Source: Octopus vulgaris (lineage: Eukaryota). Taken from it: a stretch of 64,000 nucleotides of DNA. The notes beneath the pieces are model-generated. The model did not search any database, was not told where the DNA came from, and was given only the letters and a program-made list of their open reading frames with translations. The position numbers and the translations under genes were made by a program. The stretch lies in assembly GCA_951406725.2 (NCBI GenBank), contig OX597826.1:9672001-9736000 (forward strand), in the 5' to 3' direction. Each line of letters begins with the position of its first letter. The first letter of the stretch is position 1. Shown in pieces: positions 41,428 through 55,734 of this stretch.

Positions 41428-42187
41428 TACTACTACTGCTTTTATTGCTACTACTAACTAGCACAAAGCCTATACATTTTGGAGGTCTTCTTCCTTTATA
41501 ATTCCATCCACATCTAGTTTTAATCTCCCACTGGAATAATTAAAGGTAAAATTGACATCAGCATGATTCAAATTCTGGGAATAGAGGTATGTTACAAAGT
41601 AATATCAGAAGGCATTTCGTTTGAAGCTCTGCTGAGTCTGCAATTCATCACTTTAATAATGATAATAATCTCGTTTCACTAAACATATACAGCGAGTCAG
41701 ATGCATGTATCGGTGATAACAGGCATTGCAATTCTTTATACTTATTACTAACACTAATTCAATAAGGATGATTAAAAATGTTCCATATATAATTTACTTT
41801 CTGCATTTCTCATTATTTATTTATCTCGGAACAAATGAAACAATCTTGTTTCTTCCCATTTCTGTCATGTTCCATAGATTTGAATCCCCATAATTTTAAT
41901 TCTTCTAAATCTGATGTCTCTTCAGTATCATTTACGTAATATGTTTGAAGTAGATGAAAATACATTTATTTATATGAATTATATAAATATATTCATGTAC
42001 ATAAACATGTATGTGTATGTTCCTTTGTTTGGGATTTTTTTTTTTTGTTTTTGTGTGCTCAATATGCATTGGCTGCAGATATGTGTACAGTGTATGTGCA
42101 AATTTGAATTGCATTCCCAAATTTTTAAGTTTCATACAGCCATTCTGGCATTCATCATTGTTTGTAAGGTCATATGTGTGCATATAC

Positions 42188-42311
<124 letters not shown>

Positions 42312-42562
42312 GAGTAGATGAAACCATGGCGACTGAAGAAGGGGGGGGGTTCCTTGTGTTATTTGTCCTGTACTCTATTTTTTTGTTGTTTAAGAAAAAT
42401 GTTCAGTTCCTTGGGTTTGTGTCTATATTTTCGTTCCTCATTGTGTTTGACGTTTTTTTGGTGTCCTGTACTCATATATGCGTGTATATATACATGTAGA
42501 GGTAGGTACGTACATATATGTATATATATATATATATGCATATGTTTTATTTATTAATATAT

Positions 42563-42600
<38 letters not shown>

Positions 42601-43217
42601 TATACATTGTTGAGATCATTAGAATTTATAGTTTCAAGAGAGAACATGGGATAATTCCTTTTTTAGTATTAGTTCTCAAAGTACATACAATGCTATAAAT
42701 AACATGTAAATTAAATGTTAAGATTAAAAACCCTTTTGGATAGATAGGGTTTTCCAATGTAAAATTTACATGCACTTGGAGAACCGATTCCAAAAAGAAT
42801 TTATGTATATTTATGTGTGTGTGTGTGTGTGTATACGCACACAGTGTGCAGCTGATGTCTTTGGAACATGCGTAGATCCACGAAAGAATGCTGTTAATCT
42901 CCATTCTCATGATTATTATTAATACTATATATACATATACATACATGCACACACTCATATCATCATCATCATCATCATCAACAACATCATCATCAACATC
43001 ATGCCTTTACTTTTCCATGCTTGCATGGGTCAGATGGAGTTTGTTAAGACATTTTCCTATGGTCAAACGCTCTTCCTGTTGCTAGCCCTCACCTGTTTCC
43101 GAACAAGTTGATATTTTCACAGAAGGTGGGAGATGAAAACCTAGCTTGTATGACAGTGATACTCGTTTACAGCCATCACATGATGTCCTGAAAAGAGTAT
43201 GCACAAGCATACACTCA

Positions 43218-43253
<36 letters not shown>

Positions 43254-43813
43254 GCTCTTCTTTAAGTTCCAAACTGCCAAATCCATTCACAAGGTTTTAG
43301 TTAGCCCAGGGCTGTAGTAGAATATACTTGCCCAAGATGACACACAGTGGGATTGAACCCAAGGTCACATGGTTGGAAAGCAAACTTTTTAACTATACAG
43401 CCATGCCTGCATCTGTTCACACACACACACACACATGCTTATATATGTGTGTGTGTGGTGTTTGCCCATGTGTGTGTTTGTATGTATATATGATATGATG
43501 ATGCAAATTTTGTGTGACAAAGTGAAGAGCACTCCAAGCAAAGGATCTAAGAGCTATTTTTTATTTATCTTTTTTATTTATCTATTTATCTATTTATTTT
43601 TTCTGCAAATATAGAATCCTGTCACTCCATGTTTTTCATAGTTTCAAAGATACTCAAACATTTACTTTGTTCGGGAAGCACCGGCAGTAGGAGTCAACTG
43701 ATGTCTGCCAATAACTACTCAATCACTTTAAGTATCTTTGAAACTATTAGTAACATAAATTGACAGGTTTCTGTAATTGTAAAAAGAAAAAAAAAAAAAA
43801 ATAGACATCCTGT

Positions 43814-43850
<37 letters not shown>

Positions 43851-44021
43851 ATGTGTCTCTCTGGACAGGAAGGAAAATAGTGAATATATGTGGTTGTGTT
43901 TATTTATTGATTCAAAGCTGGTATTTCTGAGTTCAAATCCTGTATCCTGTCACTAGTGGACCCAGTAAAACAGTGTAGGTTTGGAAATCCCTTAATCTAG
44001 TGCCCAAGTATTTCAGCTTAT

Positions 44022-44511
44022 CAGGCATTTGCCATATTCTGAACGCCTTACTTCCCTGGGCATGGATACATTGAAACTCCGACGTCTGGCAGCTGACTTC
44101 GCAGACACCCATAAAATTATTAACCATCTTACAAACAATAACTCCGAGCACCTTTTCAAACTCCACCTGTCTAATACCTGTGGACATGTTTACAAAGTCA
44201 GAAAACAGCACAGCTCCCATGACTTTCAGAAACATTTTTTCATGCTAAGAGTTGCTCAAGCATGGAACAAAGTGCCGGCATCAGTTATTAGTTGTCGGAG
44301 CACTGCATCCTTCAAAACTTCCATGCTTCCAGAGATTCACCAACACTACACCTGATTTTCTCCCCTCCATACACATGCAAGCATGTATCTGACTCATACA
44401 CTGTTCACTTCCCAGACATTTGTACATTACTGCATATACTTTATACGCACTTTCTGACAAGTTGTGGTGCACCTGAGCACTGTATACAATAGTTTCATTA
44501 TTATTATTTAT
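44022..44511 (+). mobile_element. CR1/L2-type LINE 3' end (ORF2 C-terminus plus 3' UTR)
   Basis: LPYSERLTSLGMDTLKLRRLAAD...NTCGHVYKVRK...HFFMLRVAQAWNKVP...FK is the typical CR1 ORF2 tail; ends in (ATT)n. Confidence 0.85.
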
Positions 44512-45508
44512 TTTATATATCACTCTTAATGGGTGCACATATCAGCTGATAGTAGAGAATGCAAACGAGGCTTTCTGGTCCTGTGCAATTGCTCTTTCTT
44601 TCACACATAAAAACTACAGAAAAATGTACTCAAAACATTCTAGCTTTTACTTAACCTCACTGACAGGATTAGCTGAAATTTTTACCACTTCTGTATTTCC
44701 TTGCACTCCCTTTCCTCCTAAGGAAAATGTCAATCACCTTCAGATAAATATTTGTGCAGTTTTCTTTTGAGATCTATAAATTCAACCTTTTTATTTTTTT
44801 ATTTTTTAACAAGTGCTTATGTAGTGTAAAGGCTGAAAGAAATGACGATAAGCAAAATAATAGCAAAATTAACCACTGGTCACACGGTGTAACACAATTT
44901 TTGTCTTGCTTATCCCTAGAAAGTATGAGAAATGGTTAATATTTCCTTCAAACTTTGCTTTTGTTATGATATTTATTCAAACCGCAAAGAATCCCTCTCA
45001 AAACATGGCTCTGATGCTCCCTGACTATTCCTGCTTATGATCAGAGATGCACACATTGTCAGCCACTATGGAACATGCTCAAGGGTTTAAGGTCAAGCAA
45101 CTGACTAGCAGGTAAATCTGTGGTTTTGAGCAGAATATTTGCTATAATGATATTTCTGCTTCAGCAACTCAGTGCTGAAATGTAATGGAAAATAGGCCAG
45201 TTTCAAAACAATGATGTCAACGTGACAAAAAGTTTAAAGGGAATGGTAGTCATTTCCTTTGATTTCTAAATAGAAGCAAATAGGAGTTAACACTTACTGA
45301 CCAAAGGCAAAAAAAAAGTTTAAAAATTTGTTGCACAGTGCAATTGAACTTACAGCACATATCTTAGGGAATTTTGTGTTAATTCTTATGCTTTGGTCAA
45401 GATGCATTAAGCATCGGGTATTTATAATGTATCCTAGATGTGAATAAAAATATAGTAGTTGAGTAAGATTAACTATTGAACAAAAAAAAGATGTGTAGAC
45501 ACAATCCT

Positions 45509-45547
<39 letters not shown>

Positions 45548-46623
45548 ATGGATGGATGGATAGATAGGCAGACAACACACACAGGTACCATATGCCCAAA
45601 TGGTTAAGAAGTTTGCTTTTGTTTTGCAACCATGAGGTCCCTGATTCAATACCACTTGGTGCTATCTTCCACAAAAGTCATTTTTCTATAGTCTTTGGCC
45701 AACCCTTGTGAATGCAATTTGGTAAACAGATGCGGCATAGACGTCCTTCAGGTGAATTGTGCCTGCAGATTCAAAGATATGTAACCCTGTCACACAGTGT
45801 AACATACTGACTCTGCCTGAGAACTACATTACAAATGTGCATGTCAGTGGGACGCTCGGCTAATTACATGGTAATTGGATGATGACAGGTAATTCAGTTG
45901 ATCATAAAACCGAATCCATATTAAAACTAATGGAGAGCCATCATCTATATATGTGCAATATAATTGAAAGTGAATGTAAGGTATCTTGCATTTATTTCAA
46001 TGATGTATATCACAGTTGTTTGATCAAAAGAACTATATAGTCATTGAAGAATTGTGTAAGTCGCTGAGTTACTGTACAGAGATTCTTTGTGATGAAACTT
46101 GCACTTTAGACTACAGGTGTAGGCCATCCAGTGTACTTTACCACAGCCTCCATGTAGCTGTATTTTACTCAGAAACCTTGGGTCATATTGGAACTCAGGT
46201 AGAAGACACTACTCAGAAAGATTGTGAAGCAGACTTTTTAATCATTTGGCCATGTTTCCTTGTAGTCATCGTCATCTTCTCCTCCTTCTCCTCCTCCTCC
46301 TCTTCTCCTTCTCCTCCTTCTCCTTCTTTCTGTTTTCCATGCTGGAATGGGTTGCGCTGTTTGACAGGTGGTAGTGAGCCAGAGGATTGTGCCAAGCACT
46401 GTTTTGTTTTGACAAGGTTTCTACTGCATATGTATATGTGTGAGATGTATGTATATAAGTATTGAGGTATAGGTATATTTGTGCCTCCATACATTGTTGG
46501 TAGATGCATGCAGCAACAATGTCCACCTAACTCTTGAGCTGTTCACATTCATATCATTCCTACTTACCAGACCAACAGTGAAAGATTTTTTGTCTATGGC
46601 CGTACTATTTTCAGGCAGTTTAA

Positions 46624-46844
46624 CCCTTTCGTTACTGTATTTATTTTGAGATGCTCTGTGTTTCTTTCAATTACTTTAAATATAACAAAGAATTTAGTAA
46701 AATAACTTTGTTATCATTAAGCTAGTGTTAGGGACATAAATTGTAACTAAGGTTTGGTGGAAAATTTTAATTCAAAACTCATGAAAACAAGACATTTGTA
46801 CTACAGAGCCAGAGCTGGTTTCAGCCGGGTTGGTAACAAAAGGG
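46624..46844. mobile_element. piggyBac-type MITE
   Basis: TTAA-CCCTTTCGTTAC ... GTAACAAAAGGG-TCAA; a related copy lies at about 36061-36219. Confidence 0.7.
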
Positions 46845-47361
46845 TCAAAGGACTACCACAGTGACAAGAGTTTCCTGTAAAAGTTATGTGGTGAAATTTT
46901 AGGGAAGTTTAGCTTCTATTTCAAACAACTCAAGTAACCACAAAAAGGTTCCCTCATTAACTCAGTAACTCTTAGGTAGACACTGCATTTGATATTATTC
47001 GCTCCTATGTGGAGCAACAGTTCTGTGGACGTGATGTGTGATCTGTTATCTTCTAATATCAAGTCTGATTTCTCTTATCAACTTAATGTCATGAACAACA
47101 GGAGACAAGCCCCTAGAACTGTATATTCTCGTGATTCAGAAAGAAGGCATGTATTATTATAAATAGGTGTAAGAACATGTATGGATATGTATTTACTTGT
47201 CAATTTAATTAGTCATATGATAATTGATTTTGTTATTATATGCATTAATCATGTTTTGTTAATTTAATTGTAACATTCAGTGTGGCTTTTCTTAATATTT
47301 TATTATGTTTAAAAATAAACTGAAATGTTTCAATTGACAAAACACACTAATGTGTATGTGA

Positions 47362-47424
<63 letters not shown>

Positions 47425-47948
47425 GAGAATTCTCAGCTTTTTGTTAACTGTTAAGTTAAATTAATTTGGAAATTAGCAGCAAATTTGCTCGATAGATGCA
47501 TGATCTCCCAGAAATATTCCAGCAGAAAGCTTGTTTTATTTCTGCTATGTCCAGATTTTTGTCACACTTCAGACGTGCTTTGCTGACGACTACATCCCCA
47601 TAATTCATCAGTTCAGTAAAAAGAAAAAGAATGAAAAAATAAGTATTAGGCTCTAAAAAATATAAGTATTGAAGTTGATTGATTTGACTAAAACCTTTCA
47701 AAGCAGTGCCCCAGCATGGCCACAGTCAAATGACTGAAACAAATCAAAGATAAGAGATGAAAGAAATCACGAAAGGTTTTTCCACCTAAATATTCACCTT
47801 CAAACAGTTTTATGCAAAAGAAAATTTGTTTAGGGAACCTTGCATTGCATCTCCCCAAAATGTCCAGCCCTTTTACGCTGTCAGTTCTTCACCCTTTAGC
47901 ATTCACAGTATGGAATGTAATGGTTTATCTCCCAAATGTTATGTTTAT

Positions 47949-48345
47949 CGAGCTGGCAGCATAAAAAGCACGCCAGGCAAAATGCTTAGTCGTATTTCGT
48001 CTGTCGTTACGTTCTGGGTTCAAATTCCGCCGAGGTCGACTTTGCCTCTCGTCCTTTCGGGGTCGATAAATTAAGTACCAGTTACGCACTGGAGTCGATG
48101 TAATCAACTTAATACCTATGTCTGTCCTTGTTTGTCCTCTCTGTGTTTAGCCCCTTGTGGGTAGTAAAGAAATAGGTATTTCATATGTCTTCACATTCTG
48201 GGTTCAAATTCCACCGGGATCGACTTAGCCTTTCATCTTTTTGGGGTCAATAAACTAAGTACCAGTGAAACACTAGGGTCAATGTAATCAACTTATATCC
48301 TCCTGCAAAAATTTCAGGCTTTGCGCCTTTAGTTGAAATGATTTA
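47949..48345 (+). mobile_element. SINE family B plus an older B-related unit, inside a piggyBac MITE
   Basis: Core motif present twice. Confidence 0.85.
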
Positions 48346-49176
48346 TTCACATTGTTTTTAATTAATCATGCATCATCTTGAAGCTTTGAGATTCTGATGA
48401 GGTAACTGTTTGTTTTTAGAATGACATTGTAGAGTAGGTATGAGAAGCCAGATCTGGCCAATTTGAACATAAAACATGCAGAATATTTTGGCCAGATATG
48501 GTTGGTTGAAATGCTAAAGGGTTTATGACAGTCTCCACTCGGCTGCCACTTATCCATTTGCTGCTTAACTCCAAATGAATCCTGGTTTAGCAGATCTTCA
48601 AGCAAAGGCATTTCAACCATGACTATCTCCTCATGAGTATATTATCAAATGTATCCTATTTTCTAAGACAGTCAGGTGTGGTTTGATTGAATTTGGCTGC
48701 TATTTCTAGGTACCATGTAAATGATCTCCTAAAAGTGCTTAACTTTCTCTATGGAATAATCAGGATCTTTTATAGAAAATGCTGTGGTTGAAATATTTAA
48801 TTAACAAACATGGCCAGATGTATGTTGCTCTGCATTCTGCCCCATAACAATATCGTAAGAACAATGGCTTTGCCAGACAGCAAGTTTGATGCCAACAATG
48901 AACGAATGTGATGAATGTTAGAAATATGATAATAGAGACAACCAAATTATGTCACGGCTTTAGCTGCTCCATTGAGTGGGTTATTATTTTGGCTTTTTTG
49001 CTTTCTCTCGTTGCCTATTTACATGGATAGTACAAGGCACTCCTAACCAGGTGGGAGTCGATTCATGACTCAAAGTGTGTGTGTGTGTGTGATACTGATT
49101 GAGGAATTAACAGTGTTTAAGCAGCAACTGGAATGGTGTTTCTGTGTAACCGAAACAGCTTCTCTCTTTACTGCAG

Positions 49177-49607
49177 ATATACATTCCATTGTTATCAGTA
49201 TGTAGGTTGTTAAAGAACTCAGAAATTAGCTGAAGGTGTTTAAAACTCTAGTATGCTTTTCCAATCACTGTGTTTTAAAATTTGGGTGTGTGCTGTTGAC
49301 TCATAGGCTTGAAATAGACAATGGCTAAGATTAAAAGTTCAAGTAACTAGGAAGGGCTACAAGAAAAAAAAAAAAGAAAAGAAAAGAAAAAAACCTCAGC
49401 TACATCAAGGTTGTGGTCTTTATCTATCTGTGACAGCAAGAAGCCAGTAATACTTACTGTTCTAGTAAATGAATACGGGATAATGAGTACACAGAAAGCA
49501 CAATGGAATTTGTAGTGAAGTGACAAACAGTAAACCAGAATTTCTGGTGTCGAAGCAGCTACCTGAGATTGTATATCATGGACTACTTCGATGGCTTACT
49601 GGAAGTT
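49177..49607 (+). other. Candidate non-coding 5'-UTR exon of the same gene
   Basis: Acceptor tctctctttactgcag|A, donor GTT|gtaagt, transposon-free unique sequence, only short uORFs. Confidence 0.45.
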
Positions 49608-50036
49608 GTAAGTATGTTTGCCGTAGCAGGATTATGTTGGGATTAGCAGTACTTGAAGTTATTGTTTAAGTATTTGCAGTCGTTTAACCCTAGGCCATGC
49701 CTGATTGAACAGACTGAAGCTCAAAGGCGTTCCAGTCATGACCAAGCATCTCACCAATTTATGGAAGTACCTAGGATTAGATAACCCAGTGTGCCAATTT
49801 CTTTCATAAACCAGCAGAATGCAGCTCCTGGTAAATTTGGCTGCTATTTTCAGCAGGTTGAATGAACATTGACTAGATTGAGTTTATTTTCATTTGGTGC
49901 AAATTCTTGCTGTGTTCTCTTAAGATTGTTTCAAATATTTATATTGAAACAGAAGTATACCATGTGTACCTAAACCCGTGTTACACAAGGGGTTTACAAC
50001 AATACTCAAGTTATGAATTTCTTTCATGTTTTTATC

Positions 50037-50071
<35 letters not shown>

Positions 50072-50594
50072 CCCTTTCACACACACACACACACATATTC
50101 ATAACAAAAGTATTAGAGATTTAGAAACCAAGTCAGCTATCCCGCTTATTGAATCAACAATTATTATGTTGATATATCAACACTACCACCAACCATTCTT
50201 TCATTCCTATGTGTTTCCTATCTCGCTAGTCTCAGGAGGGGACCTGCAATAAACCATGGGCATTACTGCTCTGCACCACTAATCCATCGGTCGTGGAGGG
50301 GATGCGCAAAACAGCAGCAAAAACAAAAAATCCCGAGATTACTGTTCTAGTAAATTGGAATCAAAATTAAAAGTAGATGTTTTGCAACGGTGACTACGGA
50401 ATAGAAGATAGGCAAATGAAATATGAACAGATACACAACACCAATATGTAAATAGGAATAAGATTACACCTATGTTTGTACTTTTACGCACATGTACAGA
50501 TATCTATAATAACTATTTGAAAGATGAGAGAGAAGAGAAAAATTTTGCTTGATGCTTTTTCAGTATCCTGTTGCACCTTGGATGTTTGCGTTTG

Positions 50595-50697
50595 TATGCA
50601 TGTACACGTGTGCGTATGTGTGTATATGTATATATATGTATATATCTATATATACATATGTGTGTGTGTATGCGTGTATAATGTATGTATATATATA

Positions 50698-50756
<59 letters not shown>

Positions 50757-50869
50757 ATATATGTGTGTATATATATATATATGTATATGTGTGTCTATAA
50801 ATATTTATATATGTCTATAAATATTTATATGTATATATATATATGTGTGTATGTATTTATATGCATGTG

Positions 50870-50900
<31 letters not shown>

Positions 50901-50952
50901 ATGTGTGTATGTATTTATATGCATGTGTATATATATATATATATATATATAC

Positions 50953-50999
<47 letters not shown>

Positions 51000-51120
51000 T
51001 GTGTGTGTTTATGTATATGTATATATATATGTGTGTGTTTATGTATATATATATATATGTGTATATATATAGTATGGGTGTACATGTGTGTGTGTGTGTG
51101 TGCTTGTGCGTGTGTATATA
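50595..51120. repeat. Compound (TA)/(TG) microsatellite
   Basis: Direct inspection. Confidence 0.95.
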
Positions 51121-51621
51121 CATGGGGGTTCTATACAAGGGTGTTGTGTGTACATACTGATGCACACAAGTAGGTATTTGCATATATAGCAATTTCTTAT
51201 TGTTTTTTTCTTCTTCCAATTTTATCTTGACATAGTTGTAAAGAGGGAGAGTGTAACGAGCCCCCATCTTAACATAAAAGAAGTGAGGCGGTGGAGCATT
51301 GTGTGTGTGTGTGTGTGTGTGTGTGTGCATTAAGTGTGAGAGGGATAAGAGGGATAATAAATCCACTATTTATTTATATGTCTAAGGGGAATTTTATTAA
51401 TCAGTTTATATTCGTATATGTGAAAATATGGGCAGTTGTTGTTGTTTTGGCTTTTTTTTTTGGGGGGGGGGGTTAACGGAGGAGAGAAAAAAAATAACTT
51501 CACATAACTGCAACTGAACAAATGAAAGCATTCCCAAGTGTTAATAATTCATAAGTTTTTAATCTTGTTGCTACTACAACTACTACTACCTCTACTACTA
51601 CTACTATTATTATTATTATTA

Positions 51622-51655
<34 letters not shown>

Positions 51656-51971
51656 AGCTGGCTATTGTGTGAATCTGAGATTTGGTTATTAAAGATTAAA
51701 AGATGGTGGTGGTGGTGATGGTGATGGTGATGAAGCTCCCCCCCCCTTTTATACTATTCCAAATTGGTGTATGATAATAGCATCTGCATTTAAATATGCA
51801 CTGTCTTCTGTCGGTGCATTTCTATGCAATTTGGGGGGTGGGGGATGGGGTGGAGTGGGGGTATTTGAAGAACAATGAATACAATGAATGCAAACAACAA
51901 GACTTATTGTCTACTTTTGCTCTTTTGTTATTCATCAGCTCCTTCCTCGTGTGCATATTTGTGTGTGCGCA

Positions 51972-52010
<39 letters not shown>

Positions 52011-52468
52011 GTGACCTCATACTTTTATTGTTGTCTAGGCCAAAGTAGTTGATATCACTCCACAGTTATTCATTCCTTCACATTGTACAATAGATCTATG
52101 TAAACAAATGCTGTGTGCGTGTGTATAGATGCATGCATGCATGCAAGTGTGTGCGCGTGTGTGTGTGTACACTTGCATGCGTAATTTATGTATGGATATA
52201 GATAAGGAACGATAGGTTTTTGTTTGAACCAAAGCTGAGTAAAATATAGGGGTAGTTAGGAAAGCGGGTATATATATATATATATATGCATACACACACA
52301 CATAAACACTCACACATGCACATCTGTGTGTTGTGTCACAGTTTTTACTAAATAAATCCTTCAAATGTGTATACTGGTGCATACAAACACATGCCTGCTA
52401 TATATATATATATATATTATAGATATACAGATATATATATATATATATATATATATATTACAGATATA

Positions 52469-52859
52469 CAGGAGTGGCTGTGTGGTAAGTAGCTTGCTTA
52501 CCGACCACATGGTTCTGGGTTCAGTCCCACTGTGAGGCACCTTGGGCAAGTGTCTTCTACTATAGCCTCGGGCCGACTAAAGCCTTGTGAGTGGATTTGC
52601 TAGACGGAAACTGAAAGAAGCCCGTCATAAATATATATATATATATATGTTTGTGTGTCTGTGTTTGTCCCCTAGCATTGCTTGACAACCGATGCTGGTG
52701 TGTTTATGTCCCCGTCACTTAGCGGTTCGGCAAAAGAGACCGATAGAATAAGTACTGGGCTTACAAAGAATAAGTCCCGGAGTTGAGTTGCTCGATTAAA
52801 GGCGGTGCTCCAGCATGGCCGCAGTCAAATGACTGAAACAAGTAAAAGAGTAAAGAGTA
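52469..52859 (+). mobile_element. SINE family A, young full-length
   Basis: Head to tail homology. Confidence 0.9.
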
Positions 52860-52863
52860 ATAC

Positions 52864-52894
<31 letters not shown>

Positions 52895-53307
52895 TACATA
52901 TGTATACATAGACATACACGTGTACATAAATATAAACACATACATAAATATAAACTCCATGTATATTTGTATATATTCTCTCTATTTATCTATCTCACTG
53001 TATGTGTGTATAATCTGAATGCAGTCCTTTATTAAAAAGATTGAATGTCAAATCCATTGATTAAGAAAATGTGCAGAGGATTGCTTTTTTTTGTGTTTTT
53101 TAACATAATAAAGTATAGAATATTTATGGCTGAGTTGTCACCAATACATCATCTTGATCACCTGATTGTTGTGCATATATGTATCTTAGCATGTGTGTGC
53201 GTGTGTGTATTGTAGGCTTGAGAGTAAGAGTTTTCACCTTAATTGTTCACAGTATGTCATTCTTTCTGCTCTTCTCCTTCAACCTAGAGCACCTTCACTA
53301 TACATGA

Positions 53308-53361
<54 letters not shown>

Positions 53362-53739
53362 ATATATATATATACATACATACACACATGCACACACACA
53401 TACACACGAGCCTTCTTTGGCTAAACATACATAACCACATACATTCACATTTATATAGTATGTATATACATACATACATACATAGGAAGTAGTGACAGCT
53501 TGATATGTGTATATGTGTATATATACACACAAACACAGATGTACATAATATTCCTATATATGTATGTGTGCATGCGCATATAGACTCATATTTGTATATA
53601 ATTGTGCGTGTTCAATTGTACACACGTTTTATACACTCCTACCGACAATTAACCCTAACGAATAGTGTCAGGATGATCCAGTCTGGTTAACATGTTTTAT
53701 GCTCTAGACTAGTTTAAGAATTTAACTTCCCCAGGGGAT

Positions 53740-53963
53740 TGCTGGGTTTTTGTTTCACCAAATTGTATGTTAAGCATGACAACACACCTGTATCCAAGCA
53801 TATCTGTAATTAAGGGACACTAATTGCACACCTGAATAAACACACAGCTGTGTTAAGGGGACACGAATGCGCTTACTGAAGACGAAAGCTAGATAAACCT
53901 TACAGATGACTCCATGAAACTTTCAACGGTGTCACCTGGCTTCGTTAGTGGATTTAGTTTCAG
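53740..53963 (+). other. Candidate alternative first or UTR exon ending in a consensus donor
   Basis: CAG|GTAAGT at 53961-53969 closes a unique, CpG-containing island; 5' boundary not defined. Confidence 0.3.
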
Positions 53964-54180
53964 GTAAGTGTGAGTGTGTATGTATACAATGAGGTTCTAC
54001 ACAGTTGGCATCTACCAAATTCCACACACAATATATTGACCAACCATAGATGGTACCAGGCCAAGGTGCCATGCAGTAGGTTCAAAAGTTACAATCACAA
54101 AGTTGCTAAGCAAACTTCATAACTTCAACCAAACACTTATTCTTCCATCCCTTAAACACACACACACACACACACACATA

Positions 54181-54302
54181 TGAGAAGGATGCTGAAAAGT
54201 TCCTGGCTTTGGGTAAGAGAAAATACAGGAGGATTAGTTAATTACAATCTTATTCAACATTCCCCTCTCAGATTTACACACTTATTGCAGTGGTCCTTCA
54301 GT
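54181..54302 (-). mobile_element. Half copy of the same mariner MITE
   Basis: Reverse complement of about 21862-21984; cut off at a (TA)n tract. Confidence 0.75.
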
Positions 54303-54312
54303 ATATATATAT

Positions 54313-54406
54313 AAGTTCAGCAAAAATTTAGATTCAAATGAATATGGTACTTAATTTAGATGCACCAGAATTTTGTATGGTGTTATCCATAAAAATCCGT
54401 GGGGTG

Positions 54407-54408
<2 letters not shown>
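54313..54408 (-). mobile_element. Solo terminus of the 17135 fold-back family
   Basis: Reverse complement CACCCCACGGATTTTTATGGATAACACCATACAAAATTCTGGTG...TTAAGTACCATATTCATTTGAAT matches 17317-17391; TA on both sides. Confidence 0.75.
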
Positions 54409-54447
<39 letters not shown>

Positions 54448-54556
54448 TAGATAGATAGATAGATATTTATATATATATAGATAGATAGATAGATAGATAG
54501 ATATTTATATATATATAGATAGATAGATAGATAGATATTTATATATATATAGATAG

Positions 54557-54888
54557 ATAATTATAAATAAGGGTTAAATGCAACAAGTTGCTCAAAACAC
54601 ATACCGAAAATATTAGAAATAGCAGCAAAATTGGTCACCATTTCCTCTACTAGTAAAAAGTCTCCACAAACAAACTTGTGGAGACTTTTTACTAGTAGAG
54701 GAAATGGTGACCAATTTTGGCTGCTATTTCTAATATTTTCGGTATGTGGTTTTGAGCAACTTGTTGCATTTAACCCTTATTTATAATTATTATAACCCTT
54801 ACCTAATATGGTCTTTTCCATACCGATAAATCTACTAGGTGAAATTGATTAATTTTATTAAATTAATTATATTCCACCCTTTATTGTA
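54557..54888. repeat. Near-perfect hairpin with 113-bp arms plus an unpaired AT-rich tail, in a TA/TAGA array
   Basis: 54557-54669 vs 54676-54790, 6-nt loop, two 1-nt indels. Confidence 0.85.
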
Positions 54889-54940
54889 TATAGATAGATA
54901 GATAGATAGATATTTATATATATATAGATAGATAGATAGA

Positions 54941-54982
<42 letters not shown>

Positions 54983-55035
54983 GATAGATATTTATATAGA
55001 TAGATAGATATTTATATATATATATATATATATAC

Positions 55036-55734
55036 GTTTAAATATTTGTTGTGCAAGATTTTTTATGTGAAGTCGTGTGTTGAAACAGATATTGTTATAT
55101 TTCGGAATGGTCATATTGCCAGTTTAGCCAATAAAAACACACGCACTATATATTTGGTGTTATTTTGCTTCAGTGATATTTATTTTTTACATTAATCTTA
55201 ATCTTATTTCAGCCAAAGTTCTTTCGTCACACTCCTGTGACCGCATCAGTGGTCCTTTGTTTTCTTCTCACTTACTTGTGTCTCTCCTTACTAACCGTCA
55301 GCCATTTTGTATTTCTATTGTATGTCTTCATTTGCACATGCTTATATCTCTATGTGCGTCTATGTTTATTTAGTGTGTGTGTGGGGGGGATGCCTGTAAT
55401 ATTTGTATCTTCTGGTTATATACATTCTTGTAATTTGTATTTTGTTTTTGTTGTTGTTGCCATAAACATAGACGCACATAGAGATATAAGCATGTGCAAA
55501 TGAAGACATACAATAGAAATACAAAATGGCTGACGGTTAGTAAGGAGAGACACAAGTAAGTGAGAAGAAAGCAAAGGACCACTGATGCGGTCACAGGAGT
55601 GTGACGAAAGAACTTTGGCCGAAATAAGATTAAGATTAATGTAAAAAATAAATATCACTGAAGCAAAATAACACCAAATATATAGTGCGTGTGTTTTTAT
55701 TGGCTAAACTGGCAATATGACCATTCCGAAATAT

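Noticed and set aside
48690-48712. CTAGAAATAGCA (minus strand) resembling the Cas9 sgRNA scaffold or a CRISPR repeat
   Set aside because: Short coincidental match within dispersed family E; no regularly spaced repeat-spacer array and no cas genes
53872-53892. CTGAAGACGAAAGCTAG as a hammerhead
   Set aside because: No helix II between the core halves and no helix I pairing
55173-55658. Paired near-identical ORFs on opposite strands (also 32618-33206)
   Set aside because: They are a by-product of the inverted repeat; no protein-like features
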